This document shows, piece after piece, positions 58,039-64,000 of a DNA stretch of 64,000 bases. This stretch comes from Blepharisma stoltei ATCC 30299 (Eukaryota; Protista; Ciliophora). The translations under genes were made by a program, and so were the position numbers. The notes below the pieces were generated by a model that was given only the letters and a program-made list of their open reading frames with translations, was not told the DNA's origin and did no database searches. The stretch lies in assembly GCA_965603825.1 (NCBI GenBank), contig CBFDEM010000031.1, positions 29,334 to 93,333 on the forward strand. The letters are read 5' to 3'. The stretch's first letter is position 1; every line of letters starts with the position of its first letter.

Positions 58039-60705
58039 TTAAACCTGCATTTTTTGGAGTAGTTCAATACGGTCTCTGTCTAATGCGTCGTTAATAAAAT
58101 TGATATCCTCTTCAGAAAGTTTCCATTCATTCCCAGTGAAAACACCATTTACTTGATTTTCTTGCTTCAAATTATAAGCTGTTTTAAGATCCTGCAAAGC
58201 CGCTTCTTCTTGTCCGAGATTATTAAATACTCTAGCTCGGCAGCAGAAATGCAAAGGATTATTGCGTTCAAGTTTGATTGCCGTATTATAGCATTTTATT
58301 GCTTCTTTATATTTCTCTAAAACATAAAGAGTATTGCCTTTACCATTAAAAAACTGGGCACTATTTGAATTGTATTTGATTGCTTTAGCGTAGCTTTCTA
58401 GTGCTTCTTGATATCTTCCTAATTTATTTAAAGAGCATGCTTTCTTATAGTAATTAGCATTACTTGGATAGATTTTGATTGCTTTGTCAAAGCATTCGAT
58501 TGCATCAAGATATCTTTTTAACTCTATAAAAGCTGTCCCTTTATCATTATAACATACAGCAATACTCCTGCTTGAAGAAACATCTCGCTCGATTTCTTCA
58601 TCATAGCATCCGATTGCTTTATCATAGCATTCGATTGCTTCTAGATGTCTTTTTAATTTATTAAAAGCAATGGCTTTTCAAGTGTAAAAATTAGCTTCAT
58701 TTGGACTGAGTTTGATAGCTTTATCATAACATTCGATTGCTTCTAGATATCTTTCTAACTTATAAAAAGCTGAGCCTTTATTATTGTAATTACCAGCATC
58801 GTTTGGTTTGAGCTTGATTGCTTCGTCACAGCGTTCGATTTCTTCTAGATTTTCTGCTAATGAGTTTAGTGATTTGCCTTTTAGATTTAATTCATCCAGA
58901 AAATAAGGATCGAGCTTAGAATTCTGTATATTTCATTTTATCGCTTCAATCTTTTTACCTATTCTTCTAAGTGAAACATGCTTCGTATAGTAAGCAACAT
59001 CAATCATGATTTTTTGATCTAAATTAAAACAATAATATGCTGTATCTGATCCCTCCATAGTTGAGATGTATATTCCTCCTTTATTATATGAACAATACAC
59101 TTGATTAGGATAATAGAATGTTGATTTTTCTATTCGTCTCCAATTCGAGTAACTTTCAACTTCGCTTTCATAGATTGATCCAGGGCATTCAATCAAATAT
59201 AGTCTCTCTGCATTTATCAGGATCTTTTTTGTCCTTCCTGCAAACTCATGAGGAATTGTCGAGAAAGATTCAATATCAATTGAGTATAACCAAAGGTTTC
59301 TATTATATCCAGGAATCAAAATATTTCCATTAAATATTATACTATTGCATCAATAATCAGCTTCTGGCATTGGAGCTAATTCAATTCATCGATTTTGATT
59401 CAAATCGAATCTACTAGATAGAGTTAAAGCATTATTATCTTCAGAATCTAATCCTCCAAAGCAATAGACGCTGTTGTTGAAATAGATACATGATGAGTAA
59501 TAGCAAGGAGTTCCAGATGGCAGCACTTCGACTCCACCATTCACATCAATTAGCGCTGTAATTCCAGAATCTTCATAAGTACAACCAAAACAGAATAGTT
59601 TGCCATTTGGAAGTTGAGTTATGCAAGTGCTATAGTCTAGTGATTCTGGAGTCTGCAAGGTTTTGACTTCTTGGGTGTCAGTTTCAGTGTTATAAATAGT
59701 TAAATTAGTTCTCTTGTTTTCTTCTGTAATATTATAAAGAGATGTCTTTTGTTGATAAGCATTAAGAAAATCTTGGTAAGCTTGCATTAGCGGTGGATCA
59801 TAAGAATCGGTCTGAATTGCTGAGCAAGTTGCTCTGAAATCTATTTCTAATTCTGGGTTATTTGGTCTACTCAAAATCTCAGCTGTTTTATTTCTTAAGG
59901 TGTCTATGATGTTTGAAGCGCTTTCTGTTTGCTTGTTGAGATCATTAGAAACAGTGCTCATTTGAAAATTAAGCAAGCTTATCTCATTTTCTGGGGTTGT
60001 TTTTATTGGCTTGTTTTCTTTTTCAGGCCCTTTTAAACACTCACTATTTTCATTTATTATCAAGGAAATCGAATCATTAACGTTTGCTGACTCTATACTT
60101 GTGGGCTTGCTGGTTTTATTATGCATTTCAGGAGTAATTTGCATATTCCTCTGTTCTAAATATGCTCCACATATTTCAGCAAAGAAGGCTCTATTTACAT
60201 TCTCTAACTTTTGATTGAATATATAAAACAACTTTGCACCATTGTATCAATCTCTGCTGGCTATGGTCTTCAATTTTACTTTCTCAATAGCTTCTTGAGG
60301 TTGTAAAGTCAATAATCCTAAAATTGGATCTTCTTCTGACTCTAATAATTTTGATGCTTGGGAAATTTTTGCAAAGGAATCATTTATGTCATCTAGGTAG
60401 TAATCCAACTTGCTTATAAAATCTCCTAAGTCTTTCTCTGAATAGGGAAGACGCTGGCTAAAGGAATCTATAATTTTTCTTTTCAACTCACTATATTTTG
60501 AATTTTCTTTTGTGAGGAATTCAAGAATTACTTCTTTTGTCCCTTCACAAGGCTGAATAAAAAGTGATTCAGGATTATGAACTCTATTAGGCAAGTTTAC
60601 ATGCTCCCCTATATGCTCTCCACACAATAAAATTTCAGGAGAAGAGCATTTGCATGAATGCCCAGCCTCGTTCATACACCCTGGCACGAAACATTTTTTC
60701 ACCAT
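58039..60705 (-). CDS. Cys/His zinc-finger (B-box-like) + coiled coil + Kelch-like + TPR protein (888 aa)
   Basis: Four ORF pieces in one frame via TGA. N-terminus CFVPGC..CKC..LCGEH..EH..H; Kelch-like KLFCFG and VYCFGG; several TPRs (EAIECYDKAIKLSP). An upstream ATG at 60753 is also possible. Confidence 0.85.
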
Positions 60706-60857
60706 CTTATAATAGTTATTAGATAGCAGATATTTTAAAGCCATTCTAAACATCCTTCAAATAACTAATTGAGGGAGGAGTGAGAAAAATCAAATATCAA
60801 AACAAGCTTAAATAAATTTTCCTTTTATCTGAAATTTATTTCATTTATATTAATTAT

Positions 60858-61440
60858 ATGAATTCAAGAAGGTGCTCTTTCCAAAACTGTTGAAGAAACG
60901 CTGAACTTAAGTGCATATGCACTTCCCTTCCTGCATTTTTATGTGAGCAGAATGCCCCTGATCATATAAAGCTTCGTGGAGGTGGCCACAAAGTGTTCCC
61001 TTCAGCGCCTCAGACGATTGAGTTGCAAACCAAAATGACATAAATCTTCTCAATAATACAAAGTCTAACATTAAATCAGCCAAACAAAAATCAATCAATG
61101 CAACTAGTGGCATCATCATAAAACTAAAAAGTCTTAAAAATATTTTCTTTCGTCCTTAAACTCTCAATCAGATTCTATAGATGACCATCTTCTCAACTTT
61201 AGGAGATAGCAGCGTTTTTGATAGACATTCTAAGCATCATATTTTAACTGATAAAATAGAATAATGCTGCATATCTAGGAATGAAAAACTAGACAAAATC
61301 GAAGGCTTTTGCAAACTTTTGGATTTGTTGGCAAATTTATCGAAAATATAATTTTGATGACTTACAAATAAATGAAATAAGTTTTCAGAGATAAATTAAT
61401 AAAATAAGAGAACATAAAGGCAAATTTACTAAAGAATTAG
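60858..61440 (+). pseudogene. Decayed gene with the same N-terminal Cys/His finger, abutting the telomere
   Basis: MNSRRCSFQNCWRNAELKCICTSLPAFLCEQNAPDH..GH, then TAA at 61041 and broken coding-like sequence. The right boundary is approximate. Confidence 0.55.
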
Positions 61441-61446
61441 ATAAAT

Positions 61447-64000
61447 GGGTGTTAGGGTGTTAGGGTGTTAGGGTGTTAGGGTGTTAGGGTGTTAGGGTGT
61501 TAGGGTGTTAGGTGTTAGGGTGTTAGGGTGTTAGGGTGTTAGGTAGGTGTTAGGGTGTTAGGGTGTTAGGGTGTTAGGGTGTTAGGGTGTTAGGGGTGTT
61601 AGGGTGTTAGGGTGTTAGGTGTTAGGGTGTTAGGGTGTTAGGGTGTTAGGGTGTTAGGGTTAGTTAGGGTGTTAGGGTGTTAGGGTGTTAGGGTGTTAGG
61701 GTGTTAGGGTGTTAGGGTGTTAGGGTGTTAGGGTGTTAGGGTGTTAGGGTGTTAGGGTGTTAGGGTGTTAGGGTGTTAGGGTGTTAGGGTGTTAGGGTGT
61801 TAGGGTGTTAGGGTGTTAGGGTGTTAGGGTGTTAGGGGTGGTTAGGGTGTTAGGGTGTTAGGGTGTTAGGGTGTTAGGGTGTTAGGGTGTTAGGGTGTTA
61901 GGGTGTTGGTGTTAGGGTGTTAGGGTGTTAGGGTGTTAGGGTGTTTAGGGTGTTAGGGTGTTAGGGTGTTAGGGTGTTAGGGTGTTAGGGTGTTAGGGTG
62001 TTAGGGTGTTAGGGTGTTAGGGTGTTAGGGTGTTAGGGTGTTAGGGTGTTAGGGTGTTAGGGTGTTAGGGTGTTAGGGTGTTAGGGTGTTAGGGTGTTAG
62101 GGTGTTAGGGTGTTAGGGTGTTAGGGTGTTAGGTGTTAGGGTGTTAGGGTGTTAGGGTGTTAGGGTGTTAGGGTGTTAGGGTGTTAGGGTGTTAGGGTGT
62201 TAGGGTGTTAGGGTGTTAGGGTGTTAGGGTGTTAGGGTGTTAGGGTGTTAGGGTGTTAGGGTGTTAGGGTGTTAGGGTGTTAGGGTGTTAGGGTGTTAGG
62301 GTGTTAGGGTGTTAGGGTGTTAGGGTGTTAGGGTGTTAGGGTGTTAGGGTGTTAGGGTGTTAGGGTGTTAGGGTGTTAGGGTGTTAGGGTGTTAGGGTGT
62401 TAGGGTGTTAGGGTGTTAGGGTGTTAGGGTGTTAGGGTGTTAGGGTGTTAGGGTGTTAGGGTGTTAGGGTGTTAGGGTGTTAGGGTGTTAGGGTGTTTAG
62501 GGTGTTAGGGTGTTAGGGTGTTAGGGTGTTAGGGTGTTAGGGTGTTAGGGTGTTAGGGTGTTAGGGTGTTAGGGGTGTTAGGGTGTTAGGGTGTTAGGGT
62601 GTTAGGGTGTTAGGGTGTTAGGGTGTTAGGTGTTAGGGTGTTAGGGTGTTAGGGTGTTAGGGTGTTAGGGTGTTAGGGTGTTAGGGTGTTAGGGTGTTAG
62701 GGTGTTTAGGGGTGTTAGGGTGTTAGGGTGTTAGGGGTAGGGGTTAGGGTGTTAGGGTGTTAGGGTGTTAGGGTGTTAGGGTGTTAGGGTGTTAGGGTGT
62801 TAGGGTGTTAGGGTGTTAGGGTGTTAGGGTGTTAGGGTGTTAGGGTGTTAGGGTGTTAGGGTGTAGGTGTTAGGGTGGTTAGGGTGTTAGGGTGTTAGGG
62901 TGTTAGGGTGTTAGGGTGTTAGGGTGTTAGGGTGTTAGGGTGTTAGGGTGTTAGGGTGTTAGGGTGTTAGGGTGTTAGGGTGTTAGGGTGTTAGGGTGTT
63001 AGGGTGTTAGGGTGTTAGGGTGTTAGGGTGTTAGGGTGTTAGGGTGTTAGGGTGTTAGGGTGTTAGGGTGTTAGGGTGTTAGGGTGTTAGGGTGTTAGGG
63101 TGTTAGGGTGTTAGGGTGTTAGGGTGTTAGGGGTGTTAGGGTGTTAGGGTGTTAGGGTGTTAGGGTGTTAGGGTGTTTGGGTGTTAGGGTGTTAGGGTGT
63201 TAGGGTGTTTAGGGTGTTAGGGTGTTAGGGTGTTAGGGTGTTAGGGTGTTAGGGTGTTAGGGTGTTAGGGTGTTAGGGTGTTAGGGTGTTAGGGTGTTAG
63301 GGTGTTAGGGTGTTAGGGTGTTAGGTGTTAGGGTGTTAGGGTGTTAGGGTGTTAGGGTGTTAGGGTGTTAGGGTGTTAGGGTGTTAGGGTGTTAGGGTGT
63401 TAGGGTGTTAGGGTGTTAGGGTGTTAGGGTGTTAGGGTGTTAGGGTGTTAGGGTGTTAGGGTGTTAGGGTGTTAGGGTGTTAGGGTGTTAGGGTGTTAGG
63501 GTGTTAGGGTGTTAGGGTGTTAGGGTGTTAGGGTGTTAGGGTGTTAGGGTGTTAGGGTGTTAGGGTGTTAGGGTGTTAGGGTGTTAGGGTGTTAGGGTGG
63601 TAGGGTGTTAGGGGTTAGGGTGTTAGGGTGTTAGGGTGTTAGGGTGTTAGGGTGTTAGGGTGTTAGGGTGTTAGGGTGTTAGGGGTGTTAGGGTGTTAGG
63701 GTGTTAGGTGTTAGGGTGTTAGGGTGTTAGGGTGTTAGGGTGTTAGGGTGTTAGGGTGTTAGGGTGTTAGGGTGTTAGGGGTGTTAGGGTGTTAGGGTGT
63801 TAGGGTGTTAGGGTGTTAGGGTGTTAGGGTGTTAGGGTGTTAGGGTGTTAGGGTGTTAGGGTGTTAGGGTGTTAGGGTGTTAGGGTGTTAGGGTGTTAGG
63901 GTGTTAGGGTGTTAGGGTGTTAGGGTGGGTGTTGGTAGGGTTGTTAGGGGGGGTGTTAGGGTGTTAGGGTGTTAGGGTGTTAGGGGTGGGTTAGGGTGTA
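61447..64000 (+). repeat. Telomere (TGTTAGGG)n / (CCCTAACA)n
   Basis: About 2.55 kb of 8-mer tandem repeat with the G-rich strand running 5'->3' toward the end; this is the unit known from the heterotrichs Stentor and Blepharisma. Confidence 0.98.

Noticed and set aside
843-60705. Widespread pseudogenisation or selenocysteine suggested by in-frame TGA
   Set aside because: The TGAs align with conserved Trp rather than Cys, and the frames are otherwise intact; a reassigned code explains them.
1-61446. Transposons, IESs, tRNA or rRNA genes
   Set aside because: No transposase or reverse-transcriptase ORF, terminal inverted repeat, frame-breaking TA-bounded insert, cloverleaf or rRNA motif was seen; short intergenic IESs cannot be excluded by eye.
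61447-64000. Variant telomere units as a biological pattern, or a CRISPR-like array
   Set aside because: The variants are sporadic, mostly 1-nt indels that increase toward the end, consistent with read error; there are no spacers.

Overview
This window is the telomere-capped end of a ciliate macronuclear chromosome, most consistent with the heterotrich Blepharisma. Three features support this: (TGTTAGGG)n telomere repeats (reverse complement CCCTAACA) from about 61447 to the end of the window; UGA read as Trp, with only UAA/UAG as stops; and 15-16 nt GT-AG introns with an A at position 10. The supplied standard-code ORF track fragments most genes and misses several. Re-read by hand with UGA=Trp, the window holds about 38 intact, densely packed protein genes. 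These include RNase T2, a BAH-PHD protein, a MAPEG-like protein, three intact tandem 3R-Myb genes, TMEM209-like and Nup214-like proteins, a TDY MAPK, a CHCH protein, FN3-ILEI, LRR, C2H2 zinc finger, MPP-alpha-like, RAP-like, tyrosine aminotransferase, HECT E3, divergent actin, a cation/Ca2+ exchanger, a kinase-ANTH-kinase fusion, a degenerate PanK, NSUN2, two PHTF/7TM-channel-like paralogues and a Zn-finger/Kelch/TPR protein. It also contains a clear compact RNase MRP RNA, a good H/ACA snoRNA candidate, and an unassigned ~100-nt structured RNA candidate that shares an upstream motif, at identical spacing, with the MRP gene. A family of ~485-aa secreted three-module proteins at 0.8-6.6 kb is mirrored by an inverted, rearranged, partly pseudogenised copy in the subtelomere (53.4-57.7 kb). 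All family assignments come from motif recognition by eye; no searches were run.
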